Shown: positions 10,693-21,860, numbered from the stretch's first letter. The stretch: DNA of 59,043 nt from Candidatus Parcubacteria bacterium (GCA_002869165.1 PKTK01000009.1:1-59043); one strand, 5' to 3'. The notes: generated by a model not told the origin, from the letters alone. Numbers and translations: made by a program.

Positions 10693-11460
10693 ATGAATAG
10701 TAAAATAAAAAAAATAGCAGAGCAGGCTGCTATGAAGTCTGGTAGAGAACTTAAAAAGATTTATAATAATTTTTCACGTGCTACTGTGTCTTTCAAGTCT
10801 CATCATGAGATTTTGACTAAGGCGGATTTGGCAAGTGAAAAAATTATTATAAATGAAATTAAGAAAAACTTTCCTGAACATCAGATACTGGCCGAAGAGT
10901 CAGGGGACAATAAAAAGCAGTCTGATTATCTTTGGATAATTGATCCAGTTGATGGTACAACCAATTTTTCCATGCACAATCCTCTTTGGGCTGTATCAAT
11001 TGGAGTAGCTCATAAAGGCAAGCTAGTTTTTGGTTTGGTGCACGCGCCAATTTTAGGAGAAACTTTTGTGGCAGAGCTTGGTTGTGGTGCTAGAATGAAT
11101 GGCAAAAAAATAAAAGTCTCCAATATCAAAAAAGACAGAGCAATAAATACTTTTTGTCATTCAGGTGAGCAAAAAGATATTCGCCAGGCCACCAAATATC
11201 ACAGGCATCAAAAGCTTCACGGCTTTGATTGCCGGCAAATTGGTTCCGCATCAATTGAGCTTGCATATGTGGCTTGTGGTAGAGTGGAATCTATTATGAT
11301 ACCAGGAGCACATGCTTGGGATGTGGCGGCTGGTGTTCTACTAGTATCTGAAGCAGGAGGACGAGTCACTAATTTTGAAAACAAAAAATGGAACCTAGAA
11401 AGTAGAGATATTTTAGCTAGTAATGGATTAGTTCATAAAAATATTATAAACTTACTTTAA
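10693..11460 (+). CDS. suhB: Inositol monophosphatase family protein
   Basis: LAEESG, WIIDPVDGTTNF and WDVAAG motifs. Confidence 0.9.
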   Translation: MNSKIKKIAEQAAMKSGRELKKIYNNFSRATVSFKSHHEILTKADLASEKIIINEIKKNFPEHQILAEESGDNKKQSDYLWIIDPVDGTTNFSMHNPLWAVSIGVAHKGKLVFGLVHAPILGETFVAELGCGARMNGKKIKVSNIKKDRAINTFCHSGEQKDIRQATKYHRHQKLHGFDCRQIGSASIELAYVACGRVESIMIPGAHAWDVAAGVLLVSEAGGRVTNFENKKWNLESRDILASNGLVHKNIINLL

Positions 11461-11487
11461 AATATTGTAAAATGTACTTAAATATAT

Positions 11488-13077
11488 TTGAATGAAGTTA
11501 AATTAGATTTTATGAAAATTAAAAGCATTTTTTTACTTTTAACTTTTTTGTTAGTTAATTTTTTACCCTTAATGAAAGTATCAGCTAGCCAAGGGGATAT
11601 GTGGTTAAATCCTACATCAATTAGTATTGATGCAAGTCAAAATTTTAATATGGAAATTAGAATTGATATTGGTAGTATCGAATTGGGGGCCTTTGATATT
11701 TATTTTGATTTTGATGCCAGTGATGTGGAGATAAATACATCTAGTGGAGAAGATGGAGTAAGTCTAGGAGTAGACGCTTCGAATTATACAGTATTATCAA
11801 ATCCTGATGATTTATCAAATGGCCATTTCAGAATAGCCGGAATCTGTGCTCAAAATTGTGCAGATGGTTCAGATGAGCATTTACTTACAGTCCACCTTAG
11901 TTCGTTGTCAGGATTTACCAGTGGCTCAGCTAGTCTTTCCCTTCGAGTGAATGAATTAGCTGACACATTGGGAAGCTCAATTAGCGCAGGAACTTTAGGT
12001 TCAGCTACGGTTAGCGCTAATGAAGTAGATGAAGAAGCACCAACTAGATCAAATCCGTTACCAAATTCTGAATTAGAAGTAGGAACAACTAATACAATTA
12101 TATCTTTGTCTACTAATGAAAATGCAACTTGTAAATATGACACTAATCCAGGTTTGAGTTATGCTTCAATGTCGAATGCTTTTACGATCACTGGTGGAGT
12201 AACTCATAGCAAAACAGTGAATGGATTAGCTAATGGTGGTTCATATAATTATTATGTGAAATGCATGGACTCAGAATCAAATATAAATAGTGGCGATTAT
12301 TTGATCTCCTTTACAGTTGCTCAAGTTGTTACAGATTCTAGTTCTTCTGATGACACAACAAGCTCATCTGACACAACAAGTTCTTCTGATTCTAGCTCTT
12401 TAGATACAACAAGTTCACCTTATTCTACGGAGTCTAGTCAGGAAGAGCAAAATCCTAGTGAAGAAAACTATATTGTTGCCACTCAAAAATCGTTTAGAGG
12501 AAGTATTTTGAGCGTGAAGGATAGTGGGTTATATACAAGACTTAAGGGTAAGATACTTTTAAAAGTTGAAGATAATGGCAGAGCTTATTATATAAATCCT
12601 AGCACCGAAGAGGGATATTATTTAGGTAGACCAAGAGATGCTTTTTCCGTGATGAGGGAGCAAGGCATAGGTATAAGTAATAATGATTTAAAAAAACTAC
12701 CTATCGGTTTGAGTGGTATCAGTGGAACTGATACAGATGGAGATGGTTTGTCTGACATATTTGAAGAAGCAATTGGAACAAATGTAAATAGCAAAGATTC
12801 AGATTCAGACGGATTTGAAGATAAGCTTGAAGTTGAAAATGGTTTTAGTCCACTGGGTTCTGGAGCTATGACAACAGATAAAACATTCGCAGATAAACAT
12901 TTTGGAAAAATATTTTTGCAAGTTGAAAGCAAAGGAGAAGCATGGTATATACTTGACGGTAAAAGATATTATTTAGGTAGACCTAATGATGCCTTTGATA
13001 TAATGCGAACTTTGAGCCTAGGTATTTCAAATGCTGATTTTGATAGATTTGTTACAGAGACTGAAATAGATGAGTAG
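11488..13077 (+). CDS. Secreted/surface protein: cohesin-like domain, Ig-like domain, Ser-rich linker, Ca-binding DxDGDG repeats and a duplicated C-terminal repeat (probable start ATG 11511)
   Basis: Signal peptide; FNMEIRID..LGAFDIYFDFD cohesin-like pattern; DTDGDGLSD..DSDSDG; two copies of LxVE..G.A.Y..YYLGRP.DAF.(V/I)MR..GISN.D. Confidence 0.7.
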   Translation: MNEVKLDFMKIKSIFLLLTFLLVNFLPLMKVSASQGDMWLNPTSISIDASQNFNMEIRIDIGSIELGAFDIYFDFDASDVEINTSSGEDGVSLGVDASNYTVLSNPDDLSNGHFRIAGICAQNCADGSDEHLLTVHLSSLSGFTSGSASLSLRVNELADTLGSSISAGTLGSATVSANEVDEEAPTRSNPLPNSELEVGTTNTIISLSTNENATCKYDTNPGLSYASMSNAFTITGGVTHSKTVNGLANGGSYNYYVKCMDSESNINSGDYLISFTVAQVVTDSSSSDDTTSSSDTTSSSDSSSLDTTSSPYSTESSQEEQNPSEENYIVATQKSFRGSILSVKDSGLYTRLKGKILLKVEDNGRAYYINPSTEEGYYLGRPRDAFSVMREQGIGISNNDLKKLPIGLSGISGTDTDGDGLSDIFEEAIGTNVNSKDSDSDGFEDKLEVENGFSPLGSGAMTTDKTFADKHFGKIFLQVESKGEAWYILDGKRYYLGRPNDAFDIMRTLSLGISNADFDRFVTETEIDE

Positions 13078-13099
13078 TATAACTAAAGTAAATAACAAA

Positions 13100-13159
13100 A
13101 AGACTTCGTAATCAGTGAAGTTTTTTTTGTTTGACAATTCTTAAGATTTCTAATAATAT
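13100..13159 (+). promoter_or_regulatory. Terminator hairpin fused to a sigma70 promoter (TTGACA 13131-13136, TAATAT 13154-13159)
   Basis: AGACTTC/GAAGTTT stem plus T-run immediately followed by -35, 17-bp spacer and -10. Confidence 0.75.
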
Positions 13160-13195
13160 CTACACAAATAGATCTTTAAAAAAAGGAGAGAATAG

Positions 13196-13726
13196 ATGAA
13201 GAAAATTGAACTTAGTAGAAAGTTTACATTTTTATTTATTGGTTTTTTAGGATTGATTCTTGCATTTAATTTAGCGATGTTGATGGGCAATATCTTAGAA
13301 AAAATTACCTATAGCATGTCGAGCATTTATCTTTTAATATGTCTGAGTGTAATTATTTTTTCTGTGCTTGTGTTTTTGTTTTTTTATATTAATATTTTGA
13401 CATATGAAGCAGCCTTAAAAAGACAAAAAGATAATTTTAAAAAACTAAACGAAAGTAAAAAGAAATACGAATATATTTATTCCTTAAATAAAGAGGATTT
13501 TGTTCAATATGTAAAAGAGAATTTTAGTCTGATTCATGAAAAAGAACAGGATTTCAAATTATCATTAAAAGAAGGAATTGACTTGATTTTTGATGAAAAT
13601 GAAATAAAGGAAAAAACTTGGAAGAAAATTCAGGAAAAAAGAAACAATATATTTAACCAAAAAACCCTAAAAAAACCGTGGCAGTATAGTTTTCTAGCTA
13701 GGATGCTTCGACATAAAGAATATTAG
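13196..13726 (+). CDS. Hypothetical membrane protein (2 TM), SD-led
   Basis: ORF preceded by AAAAAGGAGAG; two hydrophobic helices then a charged tail. Confidence 0.65.
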   Translation: MKKIELSRKFTFLFIGFLGLILAFNLAMLMGNILEKITYSMSSIYLLICLSVIIFSVLVFLFFYINILTYEAALKRQKDNFKKLNESKKKYEYIYSLNKEDFVQYVKENFSLIHEKEQDFKLSLKEGIDLIFDENEIKEKTWKKIQEKRNNIFNQKTLKKPWQYSFLARMLRHKEY

Positions 13727-13845
13727 TTGCAAGCTAAGTTTCAGTATTTTGCTGAAATATTTTTATTGATATTTTATAGATCAAATTGGTATTCAAAACT
13801 ATATTACTAATTGTTGTTTTATTTTTAAATAAATGGAGGTTTTTT

Positions 13846-14241
13846 ATGATAAGTTTAGTTATATCTGGTTTGGTTGGATTTTGTTTAATTTCAATTGTCT
13901 GTTTAGGCTTTATAAAAAGAGCTAGAAAATATGAGCAATTTCGTGGATATCAAGAAAGATACATAGGTGCTGACCATGGTCTCCCTTGTACATCAGTTAT
14001 TTACTTTGGGGACGATTTGGTTGAAGAAATTGTAAAACAGAAATATGTAATGAATCCAATAAATGGAGAAAAGATATTTTGGGATGATGTAAGACATGTT
14101 AATGAAAAAGAACCCTATTGTAAAATAATTTCTATGTTTGAATATGGTTGCTCCGATCTAGATAAAATAACAAGGAGTATTGTATATTTGCCGCTCGAGG
14201 AATGCAATGCTTTAATTCGTAAAAAACTTGATTTACCATAA
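13846..14241 (+). CDS. Hypothetical protein with N-terminal TM anchor, SD-led
   Basis: ATG at 13846 preceded by GGAGG; in frame with track ORF 13786..14241. Confidence 0.65.
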   Translation: MISLVISGLVGFCLISIVCLGFIKRARKYEQFRGYQERYIGADHGLPCTSVIYFGDDLVEEIVKQKYVMNPINGEKIFWDDVRHVNEKEPYCKIISMFEYGCSDLDKITRSIVYLPLEECNALIRKKLDLP

Positions 14242-14247
14242 GTGCAT

Positions 14248-14284
14248 AAGACTTCGTTAATTCGGAGTCTTTTTTATTTGTCAA
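14248..14284 (+). terminator. Terminator hairpin fused to a -35 (TTGTCA); imperfect direct repeat of 13100-13137
   Basis: aagacttcgttaattcggagtcttttttatttgtcaa, followed by TATAAT after a 17-bp spacer. Confidence 0.75.
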
Positions 14285-14312
14285 AAAAACAATGCTTGAT
14301 TATAATAAAAAT

Positions 14313-14870
14313 ATGGAAAAATTAAACAATCAAGAAAAGAAAAAACTTTTAGAGGTCGCTAGTTTAGCCATAAAAGATTTTGTTTTACGTGGTGAGAAAA
14401 ATGATTTTGTAGCTGAAGGAGTTTTGGGTGAAAAACGAGCTGTTTTTGTGACAATATATAAGCATGGATCTTTACGTGGTTGTATAGGGCAAATCATAGC
14501 ACCTAGTAAAACATTAATAGAAAATGTTCGTGATATGGCGATAGCAGCAGCTACTGAGGATTTTCGTTTTGATCCTGTTAGAGCAGAAGAACTTGATGAA
14601 TTGGAAATTGAAATTTCTATTTTGAGCCCAACAGAGAAAATTGATTCTTGGGAAGAGCTAGAATTGGGTAAACACGGAGTTATTGTATCTCAAGGAAGAA
14701 ACAGTGGAGTGTTCTTGCCTCAAGTAGCCCATGACACTGGTTGGAACTTGCAAGAGTTTTTAGAGCATTTATGTGAAGAGAAAGCAGGATTAAATAAGAA
14801 TTCATATAAAGACCCAGATACGGTGATTGAAGTGTTTAGCGTTGAGTCATTTAAGTCATGTATCACATAA
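14313..14870 (+). CDS. amrA: AMMECR1-domain protein (AmmeMemoRadiSam system protein A)
   Basis: VFVTIYKHGSLRGCIG, AAATEDFRF, EISILS, HGVIV and GVFLPQV motifs. Confidence 0.9.
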   Translation: MEKLNNQEKKKLLEVASLAIKDFVLRGEKNDFVAEGVLGEKRAVFVTIYKHGSLRGCIGQIIAPSKTLIENVRDMAIAAATEDFRFDPVRAEELDELEIEISILSPTEKIDSWEELELGKHGVIVSQGRNSGVFLPQVAHDTGWNLQEFLEHLCEEKAGLNKNSYKDPDTVIEVFSVESFKSCIT

Positions 14871-14899
14871 CACATAACACATATCACATATTATTCCTT

Positions 14900-15008
14900 T
14901 GTCATCCTGGGGCCTGGAGCGTAAGCGGAAGGAACCTGGGATCCACCGTGTAAAAAACGTTACTGGATTTCAGATTCTTTTCACTTTGTTATGAGCCCCA
15001 GAATGACA
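14900..15008. repeat. TGTCAT..ATGACA element between convergent amrA and uvrA; close relative of 45169-45276
   Basis: tgtcatcctggggcctggagcg..gcggaaggaacc..ggatcca..ttcttttcact..ccagaatgaca. Confidence 0.85.
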
Positions 15009-15062
15009 AAAATAAAAACAGGCCTGAAGGCCTGTTTTGTGATATGGGCTGTGTGATATGTG

Positions 15063-17948
15063 TTATGTGCTGATGGCTTTTTTCAAGAACTTGCCAGTAT
15101 GACTTTCTTTGCATTCAGCTACTTCAAGAGGTGTTCCTTCGACCACTATCTCACCACCTTTGTCTCCACCTTCTGGTCCCATGTCTATAATGTGATCAAC
15201 TGATTTTATTACATCTAGATTATGCTCAATTATCAATATTGTATTTCCTTTGTCAGCAAGTTTGTTTAGAACTCCAAGAAGCCTCTTAATATCGTCAATA
15301 TGTAGACCAGTGGTAGGTTCATCTAGAATGTAGATGGTTTTACCCGTTGCTCGTCTGGATAGTTCGGTGGCTAGTTTGACTCTTTGGGCTTCTCCACCTG
15401 ATAGAGTCGTTGCAGATTGACCAAGTTTGATATATCCAAGTCCCACCTCTACTAGAGTTTTGAGCTTGTTGTGAATAGCTGGGATGTTTTTGAAAAAGAA
15501 ACAAGCATCTTCAATCGTCATATTGAGAACATCAGATATATTTTTGCCTTTATAGTGAATATCTAGAGTTTCTTTGTTGAATCTAGAACCGTGACAAACC
15601 TCACACTCCACATAAACATCAGGCAAAAACTGCATTTCGATCTTTACCATACCGTCACCGTTACAGGCTTCACATCTTCCGCCTATTACATTGAATGAAA
15701 ATCTGCCAGCTTTGTAGCCTTTAATTTTTGATTCAGGTAGACTAGCAAAAAGATCTCTGATAGGAGTAAAGGCACCGGTATAGGTAACTGGATTTGATCT
15801 AGGAGTTCTGCCAATAGGAGATTGGTCAATATTAATAACTTTATTAATATATCCTAGCCCTTCGATAGAATCATGTTTTCCAGGATCATCTTTGGCGCGA
15901 TAAAATTTTTTGTTCAAAGACTTGGCTAATATGTCAGTCATCAGAGTTGATTTACCAGAACCGGATACTCCAGTGATAGCAATAAATTTTCCCAAAGGAA
16001 TTTTTACATCTATGTTTTTTAGATTGTGCTCCTTGGCTCCTTTTATGATAATGTTTTTATTTAAACCTTTGCGAAACTTTTTTGGTATTTCAATTTTTAA
16101 TTCTCCAGACAAATACTTTCCTGTTAGAGATTTCTTGTTCGATTTTATTTTTGCTGGAGTGCCATGAGCAATGATTTCACCACCCTTAGCCCCAGCCCCA
16201 GGTCCAACATCAATTATATAGTCTGAAGCTTGCATAGTGGCATCATCATGCTCGACTACAATTACAGTATTACCATTATCTCTAAGTGTCTTTAAAGTTT
16301 TTATCAGCTTGTCATTATCTCTTTGGTGAAGGCCAATTGATGGCTCATCCAGGATGTAGAGAACACCAACTAGTTTGGTGCCGATTTGATTAGCGAGTCT
16401 AATTCGTTGCGCTTCACCACCTGAGAGAGTATTAGCAGCTCTATCTAGAGTTAGATAATTTAGACCAACATTAAGTAAAAACTCAAGTCTTGAACAGATT
16501 TCTTTTATTATTTGATTTGATATTTTTTTGTCTCTGGCACTTAAACTATTACCAGTAGCTAATTTTTCAAAATACTTTTTAGCATCTCTTATGGTTTTGG
16601 TAGAGACATCGTGTATAGATTCGTCTAATATAGTTACACCCAAAACTTCTTTTTTTAGTCTTTTTCCTCCACAAGCAGGACAAGGCAGGACTCTCATATA
16701 TTGTTCAATATCTTTTCTAATATAATCAGAGTCAGTTTGTTGGTACCTTCGTTCCAGATTATTGATAACTCCTTCAAAGCCTGTGGCCAACTCTCCTTGG
16801 AAGCGGTCACTTTCATATTCTACATTGTAATTTTTGTCACCAGAACCGTAGAGAACTATATCAAGTTGTTTTTTGCTCAAGTCTTTAATGGGAGTATTTA
16901 AATCAAAGCCATTGTTTTCTGCCACAGTTCCTAAGATGCGCATGTGCCAGGTCTGTCCGCTAGTATGAGCATGCGACCACGGTTTGATAGCACCTTGAGC
17001 AATGGTCAAGTTTGGATTTAGAATTAGTTTAGGGTCTATCTCTTGCTTAGTTCCTAGTCCTGAACACTCTTCACAAGCACCGTGAGGAGAGTTAAAAGAA
17101 AAGCTTCTTGGCTCAAGTTCATTTAACGAAATACCACAGTCTGGGCAAGCAAAAAGTTGAGAAAAAGTAATAGCAGGATCTTTTTTGGTGGCCTTTTCCA
17201 TTTTTTCAGCCTCCAATATACTTACCAATCCATCAGAATACTCTAGTGCTTTTTCAATTGAATCAATTAAACGAGCTTTATCGTCTTTGTCAGCGCTTAT
17301 TACAAGTCTATCTATTACAATGTCTAGATTGTGTTTTTTTTGCTTGTTTATTTCCAGATCATTGAATTCTTGCAAGCGAAGAACAGTACCATCAAAGCGG
17401 ACTCGTTTGAAACCAGCTTTAGCTATTGGGGTGATATGATTTTTGTGCTCACCTTTTTTGTCTTTTACAATCGGTGAAAGAACTAATATATCTTTGTCTA
17501 AAAATTTCTTTTCAATTTGTTTGACCATTTCATCAATAGCGAATGGTTTGATAATATTTCCACAGTCAGGACAATGAGGCACACCAATACGAGCAAAAAG
17601 AAGACGCATGTAGTCATAAATTTCAGTTACTGTTCCAACGGTTGAGCGAGGGTTGCGGGGAGCAGTTTTTTGGTCAATGGAAATAGCTGGAGAGAGCCCC
17701 TCAATAGAATCAACATCAGGTTTGTCCATAAGGCCAAGAAACTGCCTAGCATAGGCAGACAGAGACTCTACATATCTTCTCTGTCCTTCAGCGTAGATTG
17801 TATCAAAAGCAAGAGAGGATTTACCTGATCCAGATAGACCAGTGATTACCACAAATTTGTCTCTTGGTATTTCTACATCAACGTTTTTAAGATTATGTAC
17901 CCGAGCACCTTTTACAACAATTGATGTTTTTTTGTTATTTTTCGCCAT
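15063..17948 (-). CDS. uvrA: Excinuclease ABC subunit A
   Basis: [23 protein letters not shown], two LSGGE signatures, Zn fingers; 961 aa. Confidence 0.98.
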   Translation of the reverse strand: MAKNNKKTSIVVKGARVHNLKNVDVEIPRDKFVVITGLSGSGKSSLAFDTIYAEGQRRYVESLSAYARQFLGLMDKPDVDSIEGLSPAISIDQKTAPRNPRSTVGTVTEIYDYMRLLFARIGVPHCPDCGNIIKPFAIDEMVKQIEKKFLDKDILVLSPIVKDKKGEHKNHITPIAKAGFKRVRFDGTVLRLQEFNDLEINKQKKHNLDIVIDRLVISADKDDKARLIDSIEKALEYSDGLVSILEAEKMEKATKKDPAITFSQLFACPDCGISLNELEPRSFSFNSPHGACEECSGLGTKQEIDPKLILNPNLTIAQGAIKPWSHAHTSGQTWHMRILGTVAENNGFDLNTPIKDLSKKQLDIVLYGSGDKNYNVEYESDRFQGELATGFEGVINNLERRYQQTDSDYIRKDIEQYMRVLPCPACGGKRLKKEVLGVTILDESIHDVSTKTIRDAKKYFEKLATGNSLSARDKKISNQIIKEICSRLEFLLNVGLNYLTLDRAANTLSGGEAQRIRLANQIGTKLVGVLYILDEPSIGLHQRDNDKLIKTLKTLRDNGNTVIVVEHDDATMQASDYIIDVGPGAGAKGGEIIAHGTPAKIKSNKKSLTGKYLSGELKIEIPKKFRKGLNKNIIIKGAKEHNLKNIDVKIPLGKFIAITGVSGSGKSTLMTDILAKSLNKKFYRAKDDPGKHDSIEGLGYINKVINIDQSPIGRTPRSNPVTYTGAFTPIRDLFASLPESKIKGYKAGRFSFNVIGGRCEACNGDGMVKIEMQFLPDVYVECEVCHGSRFNKETLDIHYKGKNISDVLNMTIEDACFFFKNIPAIHNKLKTLVEVGLGYIKLGQSATTLSGGEAQRVKLATELSRRATGKTIYILDEPTTGLHIDDIKRLLGVLNKLADKGNTILIIEHNLDVIKSVDHIIDMGPEGGDKGGEIVVEGTPLEVAECKESHTGKFLKKAIST

Positions 17949-18051
17949 ACTATATTAAGTAATGTTTTTTAAAATCTCGCCTTTTTAAAGGGAGTACCCG
18001 AAGGGGATGGAGTTTTGTAATACTATTTTATCATTTTTAACGACGGGCTTT

Positions 18052-18080
18052 ATTATACATTCTTTTTATATTATTTGCAA
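18052..18080 (-). promoter_or_regulatory. Predicted uvrA sigma70 promoter
   Basis: Minus strand TTGCAA-17-TATAAT with TG extension. Confidence 0.65.
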
Positions 18081-18300
18081 GGGGTTTACTATCTACAAAA
18101 TTTAAAAAAATAGATTATAATTTATTTTTTCTTTTTAATATTCTTTATTTGTAAATTTTTCATCTAATAATAGTAAAGTATTGACATTTTTTACAAAATA
18201 TTTTTTTCTTGTCAGGGTTTTGGATTGTTGCTAAGATAAGAGTATCTTAAATCAATTAAGAATTAAGAGTTAAGAATTACCAATTTAGTAGCATTTAGCG

Positions 18301-18322
18301 TGTCATTCCTTTCGCAATGACA
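18301..18322. repeat. Minimal TGTCAT..ATGACA element
   Basis: tgtcattcctttcgcaatgaca. Confidence 0.6.
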
Positions 18323-18339
18323 ATAAAGATATAAAATAT

Positions 18340-19460
18340 ATGGATATACAATTAATTATTCAAATACTTATAGTTATAGCTCTTGGTGTGGTTATTTACC
18401 TTTTGCTTAACAAAAAAGATGAGAGCAAAAATGACAATGAAGCCTTGGTGTCTTTGAAAGAAAATATTAAGTTTTTGAGTGAGCAGAATAATAGTCTTAG
18501 AAAAGAGATTGATAATAAATTGTCAGAAACTCACAAAGTATCACAAGATCAGTTTGTGAAAACTGCGGGCATGATGCAGTCAATTAACAAACAAACCCAA
18601 GAAGCCATGAATGCCGTACATAAACAAAGCCAAGACGTAATAGCTCAAGTTACAGAAAAGCTTACCAAGCTTGATGAGACCAACAAGCAGGTTGTGAATT
18701 TTTCATCTCAGCTTCAGAATTTGCAGGATATATTAAAAATCCAAAACAACGTGGAGTATTGGGAGAGTATTATCTAGAAGAAACACTCAAGAATGTTTTG
18801 CCACCAAATTCTTACGAAATGCAGTATAGTTTCAAGGACGGCTCGATTGTTGATGCGATTGTTAAAGTGAAAGACAAGATTATTCCGATCGATTCTAAGT
18901 TTTCACTTGAAAACTATGAAAGAATTTTGAATTGCAACAACAAAGAAGAAAGAGAAAAGTTAGAACGAGCCTTTAAGCAAGACTTGAAGATTCGCATTGA
19001 TGAAACAAGCAAATATGTAAAGCCCAATGAAGGTACGATGGATTTTGCTTTTATGTTTATTCCTTCAGAGTCAATTTATTATGATTTACTTATAAACAAA
19101 GTTGGAGCAGTTCAGGTAAATACTCGAGATTTGATTGAGTATGCCTTCAAAGACAGACGAGTTATTATAGTTTCACCAACATCATTTTTGGCTTATTTAC
19201 AAACTGTACTTCAGGGCCTTAGAGCTTTACAAATTGAGGAGAGTGCCAAGGAGATCAAGTCCAATGTTGAAAAATTAGGTAGACACATTCTAAGTTATGA
19301 GTCATTTATCAAAAAACTTGGCACATCTATGTCAACTACTGTTAATCATTACAACAATGCTTATAAAGAATTTAATAAAATAAATAAAGATGTGTTGAGA
19401 ATTGCAGGTGGTGAGAACGAGGTTGATCCGATGGTAATCGATAGACCAAAGACAGAGTAA
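18340..19460 (+). pseudogene. rmuC: DNA recombination protein RmuC, split by a 1-nt frameshift in the A5 run at 18735-18739
   Basis: Adding one A gives LKNPKQRGVLGEYYLE, the conserved RmuC motif; the downstream ORF has PIDSKF, AFMFIPSE and SPT motifs. Confidence 0.85.
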
Positions 19461-19480
19461 ATTTTTTAATTATTAATATA

Positions 19481-20440
19481 ATGAAAGGATTACTTAAAGT
19501 ATTAGATTATTTTGTGTTAACGCAAAAATCTAGAACAAAAAAAAACATAGAGGAGGCAATACTTCGGGTAATTGTCTTTTTTGATGTTTTTTCTTTTCCT
19601 TTGACGAGCTTAGAGATTTGGAAGTATATAGATCTTGATTGTGATCTAAAAGACGTATTGGATGTTTTGGATAGCGAGAAAAAATGGACAAGCAACGGAG
19701 TGTTTTATTTTTTATCTGGCAGAGAAGAGATCGTGAGTGAGCGATTAAATAGGTATAATCACAGCAATCGGAAGCTGAAGAAGGCTTTACGTATTTCACG
19801 TGTTTTTTCTTTTATTCCTTGGATAAAAATGATTGCAATTGGCAATATTATTGGTAGTGACAATTTGAAAGACGGTTCAGATATAGATTTTTTTATCATT
19901 TGCGAAAAGAACAGAGTTTGGCTTAGTCGCTTTATTAGTACTTCAATCGTAAAAGTTCTTGGCCTAAGGCCAAAAGTGAATGATGTGAGAGATAAATTTT
20001 GTCTAAGTTTTTATATCGGAGAAGACGCTATGGATTTAAAGCAGTTTTTTCTTTCAAATACCGAGGATTTATATTTCAGGTATTGGTTTGCAGGACTAAA
20101 AGTTATTTATGAACAAGGAGATATTTATGATCGTTTTATAGAGGCTAACCAGCAAATAGTTGAAAGTATTCCAAATTGGCAAAAAACCAGAAATAGTCAA
20201 GATATGATTTTGGCAAAGAAAAAACTTTTTTACAAAGATGTATTGGATTTATTTTTTGGAGGACTAGAAAATACTTTTAAAAAGTTTCAGTTAAAAATTC
20301 TTCCCAATGACTTAAGAGAAGCAATGAATAAAAGCACCAGAGTAGTTATTAATGATTCAGTTTTAAAAATGCACGTTTTTGACAGGCGAAAAATTTTTAT
20401 CGATAAATACAAAAAAAACTTAATAAAAATAAACAAATGA
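19481..20440 (+). CDS. Putative nucleotidyltransferase-fold protein
   Basis: IAIGNII..DNLKDGSDIDFFII resembles the pol-beta NTase G(S)..DxD motif; C-terminal KxHxxD. Confidence 0.55.
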   Translation: MKGLLKVLDYFVLTQKSRTKKNIEEAILRVIVFFDVFSFPLTSLEIWKYIDLDCDLKDVLDVLDSEKKWTSNGVFYFLSGREEIVSERLNRYNHSNRKLKKALRISRVFSFIPWIKMIAIGNIIGSDNLKDGSDIDFFIICEKNRVWLSRFISTSIVKVLGLRPKVNDVRDKFCLSFYIGEDAMDLKQFFLSNTEDLYFRYWFAGLKVIYEQGDIYDRFIEANQQIVESIPNWQKTRNSQDMILAKKKLFYKDVLDLFFGGLENTFKKFQLKILPNDLREAMNKSTRVVINDSVLKMHVFDRRKIFIDKYKKNLIKINK

Positions 20441-21795
20441 AAAAAATTTTAGAATATTTATTTTATATTTTTCTTTTTCTTTTTCCTTTGCAAACCAGAC
20501 TTATGATTCAGGAAGGAGAGATAGATGGAGGTTTTTTTGAATATGGTACTTTTAGTTTGTATTTAAGTGATGTTATTTTACTTATTTTGTTGACTTCTTA
20601 TTTTTTGTATCAATTTAAAAAGAAAAGTTTTTTGGCTAGCAACAAAGTAAAGAAATTTTGGATAGCTATTGCTGTACTTGAGTTTATGTCTTTTGTTTCA
20701 ATTTTTGTTGCAAGTGACAAGCTTATTGCTATGCAGGCTTATCTTCGTTTAGTTTTGGGAATTGGTCTTTTTGCTTTTGTAAGTGATTTTTTCAGAGAAA
20801 AAGCCAAGCTTGTATTTGCTTTTTCTTTTGTGGTTTTATCTGAGGCCATTTTATCTATTGTGCAATTTGTCAATCAATCAATTGGCGCAAATAAATATCT
20901 GGGCATTGCCAGTCATGATCCGACCAACTTAGGAGTGTCAGTTGTTGAAGGTATGGGGAATCTCGGTTTTATTGAGAGATGGCTTAGATCTTATGGCACT
21001 ATGGATCATCCCAATATTTTAGGCGCATTTTTAGCTCTTGGATTGCTTGTATTTATAATTTATACCGTTAATAGAAATAAGAATTTACAAAGAGAACACG
21101 ATTTGTGGCAGTTTGTTAAAAATATATATGCTTATATTTTTGTTTTATTTACCACTCTTGGGCTTTTCTTTACCTTTTCACGAGCAGCTTGGCTTGGATT
21201 TTCTTTTGGAATAGTGTTTTATTTATTTTATTTGATTTTTAAAAATGATAAGTTATCTCAGAAATATTTTCTTCCTTTGTTTTTAATTATTGGAACGGTC
21301 TGTTTTATGGTGAGTATCCCTTATTCTAATTTAATTGAAGCTAGACTTAAGTCACAAGGGAAAATTGAATTTATTTCTAAAACTGAACGAATTAATTCAA
21401 TTCAAACCGCCAAAGAAATAATTGACTACAATTTTATTTTGGGAACAGGAATTGGTAATTATACAATTGAAATGAAAAATGAGCATATTAAAGATCAACC
21501 AGCCTATGCTTACCAGCCTGTTAATAATACTTTTTTATTGGTTTTGAGTGAAGCAGGAATTTTTGCTTTAATAGCCTTCGTGATGATGTTTGTATTTTTA
21601 CTTTCCAATACATATTATAATTCAAGTAAAACAATATTTATTTTTAAAACTATTATATATATTGTAATAATGTTGATGATGTTATTTGATCATTGGTGGT
21701 GGAGTTTGCATTTTGGAATTATATATTTTTGGTTAATACTTGGAATTGTTGAGGCGGTTTTTGGGCTTGAAAATGAATCGGCTAATGTGGTATAA
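20437..21795 (+). CDS. O-antigen ligase / Wzy_C-family membrane protein
   Basis: RSYGTMDHPNILG, TFSRAAW, GTGIGNY and PVNNTFLLVLSEAG motifs; about 12 TM segments. Confidence 0.85.
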   Translation: MKKILEYLFYIFLFLFPLQTRLMIQEGEIDGGFFEYGTFSLYLSDVILLILLTSYFLYQFKKKSFLASNKVKKFWIAIAVLEFMSFVSIFVASDKLIAMQAYLRLVLGIGLFAFVSDFFREKAKLVFAFSFVVLSEAILSIVQFVNQSIGANKYLGIASHDPTNLGVSVVEGMGNLGFIERWLRSYGTMDHPNILGAFLALGLLVFIIYTVNRNKNLQREHDLWQFVKNIYAYIFVLFTTLGLFFTFSRAAWLGFSFGIVFYLFYLIFKNDKLSQKYFLPLFLIIGTVCFMVSIPYSNLIEARLKSQGKIEFISKTERINSIQTAKEIIDYNFILGTGIGNYTIEMKNEHIKDQPAYAYQPVNNTFLLVLSEAGIFALIAFVMMFVFLLSNTYYNSSKTIFIFKTIIYIVIMLMMLFDHWWWSLHFGIIYFWLILGIVEAVFGLENESANVV

Positions 21796-21860
21796 TAAAA
21801 AAATAAAAATAAAAAAACAAAAAAACCAACGAAATCATTATTGTTGGTTTTTTAACTATT

